From positions 98,093 through 162,092 of the forward strand of contig CAZUHV010000003.1 in assembly GCA_964620965.1 (NCBI GenBank): a stretch of 64,000 nucleotides of DNA. Direction: 5' to 3'. Of the stretch, positions 1-9,680 are shown piece by piece (the first letter of the stretch is position 1; the number at the start of each line of letters is the position of its first letter). Below the pieces are notes generated by a model, which was given only the letters and a program-made list of their open reading frames with translations, searched no databases and was not told the DNA's origin. A program made the translations under genes and the position numbers. Source of the DNA: an uncultured Pseudomonadales bacterium (lineage in GTDB: Bacteria > Patescibacteriota > Microgenomatia > UBA1400 > PJMF01).

Positions 1-1330
1 GGCAAACTCCACCCCCATCTCCTAAAACAGTTTTTCCTCCTTGAATAACATATGCAGATCTATATCCAGTTGCTTTAGAAACATCACCAAGTGTTTTGTT
101 GAAGGAAAATTCTTCTCCGGGTTTTACAATAGTTAGGTTTACCTTTTCGCTTGTTATATCAACATTGTGAATACGGTTTGGAATAGAGTGGTGGTAGTAA
201 CTTTCTCCAAATCCAATTCTTTCTTTAATACCAAGATCGTTTGTTTGATCTAAAGTAATTTCTGGTTTAGTTTTTTTAAGTACAAGTTGCACAGACTCTG
301 GAATTTCTATTTTTTGAGCTTCATTTTCCGTCTTTTTGTTCTCAATTTGGGCTGTTTGAGCAACGTCATTCATCCAACTTTCAATTAACTGAATGCTCGA
401 TTCTATGTCTACTTCTAACCCATCTCTGTCGGGAACGAACTCTGAAACTTCTAAAGTGTCTTTGTTATATGTAAAAACAGCATTCTGAGGAGCTCTGTTT
501 ACTGACTCAGAAAACTCTGTAATAGTTTCATTCATTTTTGTTTTTTGGTATCCACCCAATGGGTTTAAATAAGAAACTAAATCTTTGTCATCCAAAAAAA
601 GCTTAAAGTCATCAGCCTTTACAGTGAGTTTTTTAGAAACAAACACAGTAGCTTGTTCTATTGTTTTTTCTATTTCTTCATTGGTTAACACACTGCTTGT
701 TGAAGCAATTTTTGCGGTAACTGCAAATTTTTCATTTTGTAACTCTTCCAGAATTTTTTGTGTTGTTTCAACTGAATTTAGTTTTCTTCCTGGTTTTCCG
801 GAATCTACGATGATAGAGTTTACAGAACCAGTTACTTTTAGTGAAACTGTGGGATTGTTTCCAACAAGCTCAACTTTTTGGTTAAACTGTTCTAAAAATT
901 TGGCGAGCTTTTGTTCGTCATATTTTTTTGGAGCTTCTAACTCGTGTTTTTGCATATATGAAAAAAGAGCAGAGAACAGATTTGAGAATGCACTTTTGTT
1001 ATGTTGCTGTATATATATTTCATTTGCTGCTTTAGAAAAATCTGTAGTGTATCCAAGTTCTGCAGAACTACTTGAAAGATTAATGTCATCAACACTTAGG
1101 GTGAAGTTATGAGAATCAAGAATTTTTCTATGATCTTCTAGAATTGTAATTGCGGTTCCCAAACTCAATCCAGAAACATCTATACTATTTATATAGGTAT
1201 TTGGGTACATTCTATTTTGATAGGAGTTTCCTAATAATAGTAACCCCGTTATAATAGTAGTTACTCCTGTAATTGCAGCAAAATACATGATGTGCTGAAT
1301 GGTTACTTGTTGTTTGATTTGTGATATCAT
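1..1330 (-). CDS. VanW-like protein, partial (C-terminus runs off the window start); N-terminal TM anchor
   Basis: The minus-strand ORF starts at ATG (complement of 1328-1330) and reads MISQIKQQVTIQHIMYFAAITGVTTIITGLLLLGNS... with no stop before position 1. Its last visible residues are ...GKTVLGDGGGVC, the hallmark GGGVCQ motif of VanW domains. It is absent from the ORF track because it is open-ended. The plus-strand ORF 585..1112 overlapping it is low-complexity. Confidence 0.6.
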   Translation of the reverse strand, partial: MISQIKQQVTIQHIMYFAAITGVTTIITGLLLLGNSYQNRMYPNTYINSIDVSGLSLGTAITILEDHRKILDSHNFTLSVDDINLSSSSAELGYTTDFSKAANEIYIQQHNKSAFSNLFSALFSYMQKHELEAPKKYDEQKLAKFLEQFNQKVELVGNNPTVSLKVTGSVNSIIVDSGKPGRKLNSVETTQKILEELQNEKFAVTAKIASTSSVLTNEEIEKTIEQATVFVSKKLTVKADDFKLFLDDKDLVSYLNPLGGYQKTKMNETITEFSESVNRAPQNAVFTYNKDTLEVSEFVPDRDGLEVDIESSIQLIESWMNDVAQTAQIENKKTENEAQKIEIPESVQLVLKKTKPEITLDQTNDLGIKERIGFGESYYHHSIPNRIHNVDITSEKVNLTIVKPGEEFSFNKTLGDVSKATGYRSAYVIQGGKTVLGDGGGVC

Positions 1331-1358
1331 GTGTACATAGTATTGTGTCAAAAAAAGT

Positions 1359-3329
1359 ATGAATTCGCCACTGCCTAAACCAACACCACCAAAAAACTCA
1401 GATGATTCAAAACAAAACGTTGTTTTTGATAAAAGTAGTCAGTCAAGTGGTACACCCGGAACAACTCCAAAACCTACAACTGACGTAAAAACACCAACAG
1501 ATACAAAACCTTCAGATTCACAACCAAGAATTCCTCTAGCTCAAAAACCTACAGATCAATCTTTAAATACTTCTGGAGATACTCAAGTTCCAAAGCCAAC
1601 ACTTCCACCAACTTCTCTTAGTGCACTTTCTTCTATGAGTAGTAATAAAATTCCAGCAGGGGCTACTGGTTCTGGTCCAGCAAAACCTATAATGCCTCAA
1701 ACAACAGTTCTAGGACAGCCAATTCCTCAAGCAATTCGTGGTGAAGCAACTCCAGCTGGATTTGGAAGTTCTACTCCAGCTCCTTTCACCCCCGCTCCAG
1801 TTCCAACTTTAGCTAAGGCTCCTGCATCACCAGTTCCTACCCCTGTTACACCTCCCTCAACATCATCTCAAATTAAACAAGAAAATCCTGATGTTGGAGT
1901 AGGAAACGACAAAAAAGCTGCAGAAAAAACAGCTCCAAAAATTGCAACAGCAAAAAGTCCAGTAATGAAATTTTTACCTTTTATTGTTGGAGGCTTAGTA
2001 CTTCTTATAATAGTAGTGGTAGTTTTATCAAGATTATTTGGTGGAGGTGGGTCAACCTCTGTTGCAAATAATCAAGCTACAACTCCTACAACACAAAATA
2101 CGAATACAACAAACCAACAAGGACAAAGGACAGAAGTTCCTGCTCAAAGAGTCGCAGTTGAATATTGGGGCCTTTGGGAACCATCAGAAGTTATGGAACA
2201 AGTAATTACTGATTTTGAAAATGAAAATCCAGGTATTCAAATAAATTATGTAAAACAATCTCCAACTGATTATAGAGAAAGATTAGAAACAGCTATTAAA
2301 TCTGGAAATGGTCCTGATATATTCAGATTTCATGCTTCTTGGGTTCCAATGTTAAAGAACTCTTTAAGTCCAATTCCAGCTTCGGTTGTTTCATCTTCTG
2401 AATTCAAGAGTAATTACTATCCAATAGTTTCAGAACAACTTGTGCATCAAGGTCAGTATGTTGGGTTACCACTTATGTATGATGGTTTAGTTTTGTTCTA
2501 TAACGAAGATATATTAAATACAGCCTCTGAGACTCCTCCAACAACCTGGTCGCAACTAAGAACTCTTGCTGTTAAGCTAACTGTTCCTTCTGCAAGTGGT
2601 ATTCAAAGGGGCGGTCTTGCCATTGGAAATGCAACAAATGTTGAACATTTCTCTGATATATTGGCAACTTTAATTTTACAAAATGGAGGAAATCTTACAG
2701 ATGCTTCCTCTGTAGAAACAAGAGATGCTCTATTGTTTTACACAAACTTCCAGTTAACAGATAAAGTTTGGAATGAAACATTGCCAAGTTCTACAGTTGC
2801 ATTTGCCAGAGGGGATGTTGCAATGATGTTTGCTCCTTCTTGGAGAGCTCATGAAATTAAAGCTTTAAATCCAGATCTTAAGTTTGCTACAGCTCCAATG
2901 CCACAGCTTTCTGAAGATGAAAAACTTTCTTGGGCAAGTTACTGGGCAGAAGGTATTTCTTCTGAAAGTGATAACGCAGATGAAGCAGCAAAATTCTTAG
3001 CATACTTAAATAGAAAAGATGTTTTGATGAAGTTTTTCTCTGAAGCAAGCAAAGTGAGAGCATTTGGAGAAATTTATCCTAAAGTAGATATGGCTGGTGA
3101 GCTTTCAGAAAATTCTATTGTTAATCCAATTTTGGAAGATGCCCTCTATGCAAAAAGTGGATATATGAACTCATATACTCATGATAATGGAATTAATGAC
3201 CAAACAATTAAGTACTATAAAACTGCTATAGATTCTATTATTGGTGGAACAGATGCAGAAGATGTTCAATCAACCTTAGATCAGGGAGTAAAGCAAGTTC
3301 TTAAACAGTATGGGGTAAGTGCTCAATAG
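1359..3329 (+). CDS. Membrane-anchored extracellular solute-binding protein (ABC-type SBP family 1-like) with Pro/Thr-rich N-terminal region
   Basis: There is an N-terminal ~200-aa P/T/S-rich low-complexity stretch, then a TM helix (FLPFIVGGLVLLIIVVVVL). The following domain begins VAVEYWGLWEPSEV...ITDFENENPGIQINYVKQSPTDYRERLETAIKSGNGPDIFRFHASW, which is the typical start of SBP_bac_1. No permease or ATPase genes lie adjacent. Confidence 0.55.
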   Translation: MNSPLPKPTPPKNSDDSKQNVVFDKSSQSSGTPGTTPKPTTDVKTPTDTKPSDSQPRIPLAQKPTDQSLNTSGDTQVPKPTLPPTSLSALSSMSSNKIPAGATGSGPAKPIMPQTTVLGQPIPQAIRGEATPAGFGSSTPAPFTPAPVPTLAKAPASPVPTPVTPPSTSSQIKQENPDVGVGNDKKAAEKTAPKIATAKSPVMKFLPFIVGGLVLLIIVVVVLSRLFGGGGSTSVANNQATTPTTQNTNTTNQQGQRTEVPAQRVAVEYWGLWEPSEVMEQVITDFENENPGIQINYVKQSPTDYRERLETAIKSGNGPDIFRFHASWVPMLKNSLSPIPASVVSSSEFKSNYYPIVSEQLVHQGQYVGLPLMYDGLVLFYNEDILNTASETPPTTWSQLRTLAVKLTVPSASGIQRGGLAIGNATNVEHFSDILATLILQNGGNLTDASSVETRDALLFYTNFQLTDKVWNETLPSSTVAFARGDVAMMFAPSWRAHEIKALNPDLKFATAPMPQLSEDEKLSWASYWAEGISSESDNADEAAKFLAYLNRKDVLMKFFSEASKVRAFGEIYPKVDMAGELSENSIVNPILEDALYAKSGYMNSYTHDNGINDQTIKYYKTAIDSIIGGTDAEDVQSTLDQGVKQVLKQYGVSAQ

Positions 3330-3365
3330 TTTGTTTGTCTTGAAAGATAGTATTTCCTGCCTATA

Positions 3366-4280
3366 ATGGATCAAATGAATGTGACTCAAGGTTTTATTTC
3401 GAGCAGAATTTTGCTAACTCTTTCGTATACCGAACAGTTTTCATATCCTCTAACAAAAGATGAGCTATACACTCGTTTAATTGTTCCTGAAAAGATTTCT
3501 TTTACTACTTTTTCAAAAGTCCTAAAAACTTTAGTTTCAAAAAAACTTATTGATTCTGTTCAAGACTATTTTTTTGTTTCTGGGTTACCAAAACAAAAAC
3601 AATTAAAACTGATTGAAACACGTCAAAAACGAACTACTTTTTCAATAAAAAAATGGCAAGAGGTCTCAGAATTCTTAAATTTTGCAGAGAAAATCCCGTT
3701 TATTACAGGAGTTGCTGTAACGGGTTCTTTATCTGTAAACAACGTTGTAAAAGATGATGATATTGATTTTATGATAGTAACTTCCAAAGGTCGACTTTGG
3801 ATTACCAGATTACTTGTTATTTTCTATGCCACAAATAAGGGCAAACGAAGATCCTTTGCAAGAGAAGAAAAAAACAGTTGGTGTTTTAACTTGTGGGTAG
3901 AAGAGAGTGATCTACAACTACCTCCACCTTCTCGGTCAATCTATGAGGCATATGAAGTTGTTCAAGCTCGGTGGGTGTTAAGCAGGAATGGAGTTGCTAG
4001 AAAATTTTTAAGGCTTAATAAGTGGGTGAAGAATCTCTTGCCTCATACTCAAGACAATCTAGATATGGTTGATTTGCCCGAATTTTGGTTGGAGAAGCTA
4101 CCATTTATTTCTCAATTTTTTAGTTTTTGTAACTTATTTGCTTTTATTTTCCAATATTTGTATATGAAACGTCACATGACTCGAGAAAAAGTAAGTAAAA
4201 CACATGCTTTTTTTCACCCAAGAGATACAAGATTAGTAGTGTTTAATAATTGGAAGAAAGTTTTACTCAGGGTATCATAA
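3366..4280 (+). CDS. Hypothetical protein with nucleotidyltransferase-fold-like motif
   Basis: TGSLSVNNVVKDDDIDFMIV fits the GS-x(~10)-DhD pattern of Pol-beta-type nucleotidyltransferases. The rest shows no recognisable family. Confidence 0.35.
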   Translation: MDQMNVTQGFISSRILLTLSYTEQFSYPLTKDELYTRLIVPEKISFTTFSKVLKTLVSKKLIDSVQDYFFVSGLPKQKQLKLIETRQKRTTFSIKKWQEVSEFLNFAEKIPFITGVAVTGSLSVNNVVKDDDIDFMIVTSKGRLWITRLLVIFYATNKGKRRSFAREEKNSWCFNLWVEESDLQLPPPSRSIYEAYEVVQARWVLSRNGVARKFLRLNKWVKNLLPHTQDNLDMVDLPEFWLEKLPFISQFFSFCNLFAFIFQYLYMKRHMTREKVSKTHAFFHPRDTRLVVFNNWKKVLLRVS

Positions 4281-4283
4281 GGT

Positions 4284-4709
4284 ATGGGAATTACAGATAA
4301 AAAAGTTCTAGTAACAGGTGTTTTTGATATTTTACATTCAGAGCACATTGCTTTCTTAAAAAAAGCAAAAGCGTTGGGTTCGCATCTTATTATTGGAATA
4401 GAGTCTGACTCTAGGGTTAGACAGATGAAGGGCCCTGAAAGGCCTGTTAATTCTCAAATAGCGCGAAAACAAAATCTTGAAAAGCTTGCTATAGCAGATG
4501 AGATCTTTATTCTTCCAGAACAATTTAGTAACCCAGAAGATCATAAGAAGCTAATTCGTACAATTAAACCTGATTTTTTAGCGGTTTCCTCGCATACTAA
4601 ATATTTAGATAGAAAACAGGCAATTCTTGATGAGTTTGGAGGAAAAGTAGTTGTTGTTCATGAACATAATCCTGAGATTTCTACAACAAAGCTTTTAAGT
4701 CAAAGTTAG
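4284..4709 (+). CDS. Cytidylyltransferase-like (HxGH-type nucleotidyltransferase) small protein
   Basis: The N-terminus VLVTGVFDILHSEHIAFLKKAK matches the GxFDxxHxGH nucleotide-binding motif of glycerol-3-phosphate cytidylyltransferase, RfaE domain II and FAD synthetase-type enzymes. The length is ~140 aa. Confidence 0.6.
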   Translation: MGITDKKVLVTGVFDILHSEHIAFLKKAKALGSHLIIGIESDSRVRQMKGPERPVNSQIARKQNLEKLAIADEIFILPEQFSNPEDHKKLIRTIKPDFLAVSSHTKYLDRKQAILDEFGGKVVVVHEHNPEISTTKLLSQS

Positions 4710-4781
4710 CATTTTGAATTCAAGTTTAAAATAGTTTTACAATTTTTTTCTTATAGAAACTTATACAACAGTAGTGATAGG

Positions 4782-5099
4782 ATGAGAGATATGAATAAAA
4801 AATCTTTAACTTTGTTGGTAGTTTTAGTTCTTTCCGTAGGATTTTTTTCTGCCTGTGTGAATAAAAATAGTACTACAGATTCGATGAATTCAACTGGTTT
4901 AGAACAAAAAAATCAGGATATTAGTTTGTCTGGCACCATATCAAAAAATGGGGAGCTATACTTTATTACAGACTCTACCGGGTCAATACACGATGTTGAA
5001 ACATACTCAGTAGATTTCGAGTTGTATGTTGGAAAACAAGTGACAGTTACAGGTCAATATAGTGGTAATACCTTGTATGTAACAGAAATTTCAGAGTAA
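4782..5099 (+). CDS. Small putative lipoprotein
   Basis: The signal peptide is followed by a lipobox-like FFSAC, and the mature part is short and hydrophilic. Confidence 0.4.
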   Translation: MRDMNKKSLTLLVVLVLSVGFFSACVNKNSTTDSMNSTGLEQKNQDISLSGTISKNGELYFITDSTGSIHDVETYSVDFELYVGKQVTVTGQYSGNTLYVTEISE

Positions 5100-5160
5100 A
5101 TTCCTACAGTTTTTGTAAGTTTTCTATGATTTAATGAGTCTGTGATTTAAAAAGGATAGT

Positions 5161-6552
5161 ATGGCAAAAAGTGAATCTGTTTTTGTGTGTCAAAACTGTG
5201 GATGGAATACGGCAAAGTGGGTAGGTCAATGTTATGAGTGTCATACATGGAACTCAATGGTAGAAGAAATCCAAACTGACGTAGTTTTTCAAAAAAAATC
5301 TGGTAAAAAACAAAAAGTAGAAGATTTTACAATCCCTTTTTCTCAAGTAGACTCTTTGAGTGCCTCAAAAACCCGTCTTTCTACAAATATTGATGAACTG
5401 GATAGAGTTTTAGGTGGAGAAAAGTCTCATTTTGGTATGGTTCCAGGAGCGGTTATGCTTATTGGAGGAGAACCTGGTATTGGAAAGTCAACTTTGTTAA
5501 CCCAAATGGTTGTAGGAATGTTACAGCCAAAAACCTCCGAAAAAGCACAAAAGTTTATATATGTTTGTGGGGAAGAGAATCCATCTCAGGTTGCACTCAG
5601 AATTGAGAGAATTGCTCGACAGTTTCATGAAACAGTTTCTGATGTTAAAGAAAACTTAGTTTTTGTAACAACTTCTGATGTTGACTCTATAATTCAGGCG
5701 ATTCAAAAAGTAAAACCAAAGTGTGTGGTTGTTGATAGTATTCAAACTGTTACGACTTCTGATTTATCGGGAGCTGCAGGAAGTGTGGGACAAGTTCGGG
5801 AATGTGCAGAAAGACTGACCTCGATTGCAAAAGTACTTCATATTCCACTGTTTTTAGTTGGTCATGTTACTAAAGAAGGGACGATTTCTGGTCCAAAAGT
5901 ACTAGAACATATTGTGGACTCAGTTTTAGAATTAAGTGGCGATAGAACAGGAGATTTAAGAATTTTAAGAGCAGTTAAAAACAGGTTTGGAGCTACGGAT
6001 GAAGTTGGGGTTTTTAGGATGCGAGAGTTTGGCTTCGAATCTGTTTCAAATCCTTCAGAATTGTTTTTAGAATACTCAGATTCTAAAGTACCAGGCAGCA
6101 CAACGATTTGTGTGATGGAAGGTACACGTCCCTTACTTATGGAAATTCAGGCACTTGTGGTTAACTCACAGCTTGCAATGCCAAGAAGAGTGGGTCGAGG
6201 AATAAAATTACCCAGAATTCAAGTTCTGTCGGCGGTTTTACAAAAACACTGCAAATTACCACTTTCATCAACAGATATTTTTGCCTCAATTGCGGGTGGC
6301 TTTGAAGTTAAAGAACCAGGTATAGACTTGGGTTTAGCAGTAGCTATTGCCAGCTCTTTACACAACAAACCAATAAAAGAGAAAACAGTTTTTATTGGTG
6401 AAATAGGTCTTTTAGGAGAAATAAGGTCAGTTAATTTACTCGATAGAAGAATTAAAGAAGCAAAACGCTTAGGTTTCACGGATATAATTAGTAAAAAGAC
6501 TCACAAGACAATAAAAGATGTCTTATCTGAGTTTAACTTACTTAAAAAATAG
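5161..6552 (+). CDS. radA: DNA repair protein RadA/Sms
   Basis: N-terminal C4 zinc finger (CQNCGWNTAKWVGQCYECHTWN). Walker A GGEPGIGKSTLL. The RadA-specific KNRFG motif (AVKNRFGATDEVGVF). A C-terminal Lon-protease-like domain. Confidence 0.95.
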   Translation: MAKSESVFVCQNCGWNTAKWVGQCYECHTWNSMVEEIQTDVVFQKKSGKKQKVEDFTIPFSQVDSLSASKTRLSTNIDELDRVLGGEKSHFGMVPGAVMLIGGEPGIGKSTLLTQMVVGMLQPKTSEKAQKFIYVCGEENPSQVALRIERIARQFHETVSDVKENLVFVTTSDVDSIIQAIQKVKPKCVVVDSIQTVTTSDLSGAAGSVGQVRECAERLTSIAKVLHIPLFLVGHVTKEGTISGPKVLEHIVDSVLELSGDRTGDLRILRAVKNRFGATDEVGVFRMREFGFESVSNPSELFLEYSDSKVPGSTTICVMEGTRPLLMEIQALVVNSQLAMPRRVGRGIKLPRIQVLSAVLQKHCKLPLSSTDIFASIAGGFEVKEPGIDLGLAVAIASSLHNKPIKEKTVFIGEIGLLGEIRSVNLLDRRIKEAKRLGFTDIISKKTHKTIKDVLSEFNLLKK

Positions 6553-6569
6553 TGTAGAATAGACAACCT

Positions 6570-6953
6570 ATGATATACACAACCCCAGAAACAATCTCAG
6601 AAGCAGGATTCTTTTCAAGCTCAGAATCAAGATCTATTAAAAGAACCTCAGCAAGAGTAGAAAAGTCTGTTACAGACACGATATACAATCTTACCGAATT
6701 TGGAATAGAAGGAGATTTAGAGTTTTTTCTAGAACTAGGAATCTTTTATGATCCATCAAGAAGGGTGTATTATCCTAACCCAAACCTTGAGCTAAGATTG
6801 TTAGGCTTATTGCAACCAATTGTACGCAGAACTGGTGCAATAGATACAAGAGTAATAGAGTATTTAAGAGATACTTATCTTGAAAACCTAAAAATTACTG
6901 AACAAGTTTTAAAAACGTTTCCAATTGAAACGAAAAAGAGAAGGCTCAACTAA
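6570..6953 (+). CDS. Hypothetical protein
   Basis: It has an ORF only and no recognisable motifs. It is convergent with the downstream ATPase gene. Confidence 0.3.
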   Translation: MIYTTPETISEAGFFSSSESRSIKRTSARVEKSVTDTIYNLTEFGIEGDLEFFLELGIFYDPSRRVYYPNPNLELRLLGLLQPIVRRTGAIDTRVIEYLRDTYLENLKITEQVLKTFPIETKKRRLN

Positions 6954-6955
6954 GT

Positions 6956-9100
6956 TCAGCTTTTTGCGTATCGTTCTCGACTCACTTGTATAACTTTGTC
7001 TTTACCTTGATTACTTGAAGAAGCCAACGGTAAAGTAAGAGCTGGGAATGGTTTAGAAACAATATTGTCGATAGAAAGTTTATTAACAATCTGATATCTA
7101 CTCAAAGAAACAAGATCTTCTTGAGTATATTTATTTCCGAACTCTTTAGTGAAAACAGCGGCATCATCTGCTCCCATGACAAAACTAACCATACTTCCAC
7201 AGTTTCCAAAAATCGCTTTTTGAACTTCCTCTGGAATTTGAGCAACATACTGGTTTGCAAGAATGATATTTAATCTATATTTACGTGCTTCAGATAGGAT
7301 TTTAGTAAAAGAATCTGTTGCAAAATTCTGGAACTCGTCAACGTAGAGATAAAAGTCACGACGTTGTTCTTCTGGAATTGCCACTCTTCCCATTGCAGCA
7401 AGCTGAATTTTGGTGATAAGCATAGAGCCAAGTAAAGTAGCATTGTCTTCTCCAAGCTTACCTTGAGAAAGGTTAACTAAAATAATTTTACCTTCGTTCA
7501 TTGCTTCTTCAATACTAAAGGAACTTTTTCGAGCATTCACAATATTTCTTACTAGAGGTGAGGAAACAAATTGACCAACTTTATTCAAGATTGAAGCGAT
7601 TGCTTCAGTTCGTTGGCGTTCTTGCATTTTGTCATACTCATCAACCCAGAAGGCTTTTAGAATAGGATCATCAAGTTCTTCAACAATTTTAGCCCTGAAC
7701 TTAGGATTCGTAAGCAAATCTAAAACATCAGATAACCTTGCTTGTTCAGTTTTTAGAAGAGTTAATAAAGAATTTCTTAAAATATACTCAAGTCTAGGTC
7801 CCCAAGAGTAGGCATAGAGTTTTTTGAACACAGAAACAATTCCAGAAGCAATGAGTTCTCGGTGAACAACATTCTCTCCTTCAAAAAGGTTGAGTTTTAC
7901 AGTTCTATCTGTGTCACTGGGGTCGAAATAAATAACGTCGTTGATTCTGCGTTTAGGAATATAGTTAAGTAGAGTTTCTACAAGATCCCCATGTGGATCA
8001 ATGACACACATGCCTTCATCATTTTTTAGATCATTAATTGCCATATTAGCCAAAAGAGTGGATTTACCGGTACCAGTTTTTCCAATGACATACATGTGAC
8101 GTCTGCGGTCTGTTCTCTTGAGTCCATAAATAACGTTTTTGTTTTTAAACTCTGTAGAGGCAAAAACATTAACATCTCTTTTAAGTTCAGGATCCATTTC
8201 TTTGAATATGATTGGAAGATCCTCTGGCGGTTCACCCAAGAGATTCTTTCCCCAAGCTATATTTGGCACAGTTACTAATTTCTCACTAGGCATATGCATC
8301 AATGTTGCCATTTCCTCTAGAGAAAGGTGAAAACTTGTTGTTGCAGAGTAATCTCTTAACTTCATGTGTTTTAAGAACCTCTTCTTGAAGAGAAGCGTTC
8401 GTTTTAGTCGCAAAGAGTTACCGCTTTGATCAGAAAGACCTTCATATGCGCTTGCCAAGTTTTCAAGTAAGTTTCTTGATTTTTGTTTGTCTGTAGTAGC
8501 AACTGCCATACGAACAGAAACTCTTAAAGATGCAAGTTTTGATTTAGCTGTTTTAGGCTCTGATGCTTCTGAATCGCTGCTAGTTGTAGGCGCAGAAATG
8601 ACACCTTCAGATTTACTTACAACGTATTGCAAAACTACGCGGTCATGTTCTTCTAGTTTTGAGAGAGTAGAAAGAATAGGAGCAAGGGTATCAACATCAT
8701 GAAACTCTTTGTATGTTTTGATCGAAAGGTGTTCCGCAGAACTCAAACTTAAATTTCCGGTTTCCAAAAAGTATTCTTGGTTAGTGTCATGTGTAGGTTG
8801 AACATTGATATAGCTGTCTAAAGAATCGTGTTCTATCTCTTTTATAACAATCTCAGGATAACTAGATACTAATATGCTTTTTATGTAAGTAATGAGTCGA
8901 ACTGGCACATATGCTTGGAAAAATATTGTTTGATTTTCAACTACAATTTCAAACGAAATAGTTTCGTTTTTTCTTAGGATTCTCCAAAACCACATATTTC
9001 GAAGCTTTGGTAGCGAGGAAAAGAGTTGAACAGCCGATTCTGGGGTGTGTTGAGAGTCTCTACTGGTTCTTAACTCGAGGATTGTATGTGGTGCAGACAT
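6956..9100 (-). CDS. Soluble TraD/TrwB/VirD4-like P-loop ATPase (FtsK/HerA superfamily, coupling-protein-like ATPase domain), no TM anchor
   Basis: Walker A YVIGKTGTGKSTLLANM. Walker B LYVDEFQNF. The downstream ARKYRLNIILANQYVAQI resembles the GRKxGlxvvxxxQSxsQL region of TrwB/TraD-type ATPases. There is no N-terminal hydrophobic segment. Confidence 0.55.
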   Translation of the reverse strand: MSAPHTILELRTSRDSQHTPESAVQLFSSLPKLRNMWFWRILRKNETISFEIVVENQTIFFQAYVPVRLITYIKSILVSSYPEIVIKEIEHDSLDSYINVQPTHDTNQEYFLETGNLSLSSAEHLSIKTYKEFHDVDTLAPILSTLSKLEEHDRVVLQYVVSKSEGVISAPTTSSDSEASEPKTAKSKLASLRVSVRMAVATTDKQKSRNLLENLASAYEGLSDQSGNSLRLKRTLLFKKRFLKHMKLRDYSATTSFHLSLEEMATLMHMPSEKLVTVPNIAWGKNLLGEPPEDLPIIFKEMDPELKRDVNVFASTEFKNKNVIYGLKRTDRRRHMYVIGKTGTGKSTLLANMAINDLKNDEGMCVIDPHGDLVETLLNYIPKRRINDVIYFDPSDTDRTVKLNLFEGENVVHRELIASGIVSVFKKLYAYSWGPRLEYILRNSLLTLLKTEQARLSDVLDLLTNPKFRAKIVEELDDPILKAFWVDEYDKMQERQRTEAIASILNKVGQFVSSPLVRNIVNARKSSFSIEEAMNEGKIILVNLSQGKLGEDNATLLGSMLITKIQLAAMGRVAIPEEQRRDFYLYVDEFQNFATDSFTKILSEARKYRLNIILANQYVAQIPEEVQKAIFGNCGSMVSFVMGADDAAVFTKEFGNKYTQEDLVSLSRYQIVNKLSIDNIVSKPFPALTLPLASSSNQGKDKVIQVSRERYAKS

Positions 9101-9287
9101 ATGTAAATAGAGTATAGCATTTATAGAGAACGTTATCGAGTATCATACCTAATTCCAGGTATGAGTAAGTTTTAAACAGTTTTCATTTTTATAAAATCAA
9201 TGTGAATAACTTGTTTAATTGTCTCAATAATTTGTTAAAAATAAAAATTATAAGATCTATTTATTTTATCAGTAATTAAATTATAGG

Positions 9288-9316
9288 TTGACTAAAATTG
9301 AAAAAGTAGTTATACT
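9288..9316 (+). promoter_or_regulatory. Sigma70-like promoter (TTGACT - 17 nt - TATACT) about 500 nt upstream of rho
   Basis: A perfect -35 TTGACT (9288-9293), a 17-nt spacer, and TATACT (9311-9316). AT-rich background raises the chance of a random match. Confidence 0.3.
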
Positions 9317-9433
9317 TCTGGTATATCCTCAAAATTTAGACTTTTAAAGTAAATAAAGATAAAAGAGACAGACCACATACGAGGCTTTAGAAGTGAAAAT
9401 TTAAAAAAAGGGGAAAGCTAGTTAAAACACAAC

Positions 9434-9484
9434 AAAAAAAGCATTATTATCGCTGGACAGACCACGAGTAACAATGCTTTTTTT
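9434..9484. terminator. Bidirectional terminator-like hairpin flanked by A7 and T7 runs, inside the rho/ATPase divergent leader region
   Basis: AAAAAAA-GCATTATTA-[loop]-TAACAATGC-TTTTTTT. The 9-bp stem has one mismatch. It is flanked by near-identical direct repeats GGAAAGCTAGTTAAAAC (9412-9428) and GGAAAGCTAGTAAAAAC (9494-9510). Confidence 0.35.
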
Positions 9485-9608
9485 CATAACACGGAAAGCT
9501 AGTAAAAACTTTTTTATGAACCGTGTACTGGAGAGAATACCAAGCAGAGTATGCTTTGTAAATTCTATCTTTGTGTTATAAATAGTATAAGAACATATCA
9601 AACACACT

Positions 9609-9680
9609 GTGGTTGTGTGGAGGTTCGGTAGTTGGGCAGGCAACCGAGCTTCCACTCAGCCACAAGTTTTGACATTTTTA
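9609..9680 (+). terminator. GC-rich 15-bp-stem hairpin followed by U-rich tract, about 130 nt upstream of the rho start (candidate attenuator or 3' end of a leader RNA)
   Basis: GUGGUUGUGUGGAGG...CUUCCACUCAGCCAC pairs 14 of 15 positions (with G-U wobbles). An inner CGGU/ACCG helix sits in the loop. AAGUUUUGACAUUUUU follows. It is the only GC-rich island in a roughly 700-bp AT-rich intergenic region. Confidence 0.4.

Noticed and set aside
585-1112. Plus-strand 175-aa ORF in the six-frame track
   Set aside because: Low-complexity translation with no motifs. It lies entirely antisense to a well-supported minus-strand VanW-like reading frame (GGGVC motif, TM anchor, clean ATG start at 1330).
9609-9680. 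GC-rich hairpin considered as a possible tRNA or SRP-RNA fragment
   Set aside because: It is a single long helix with no cloverleaf, no T-loop (TTCRA) or anticodon arm. It lacks the GGAA/GNRA tetraloop-flanking pattern of 4.5S RNA domain IV. It is better explained as a leader hairpin or terminator.
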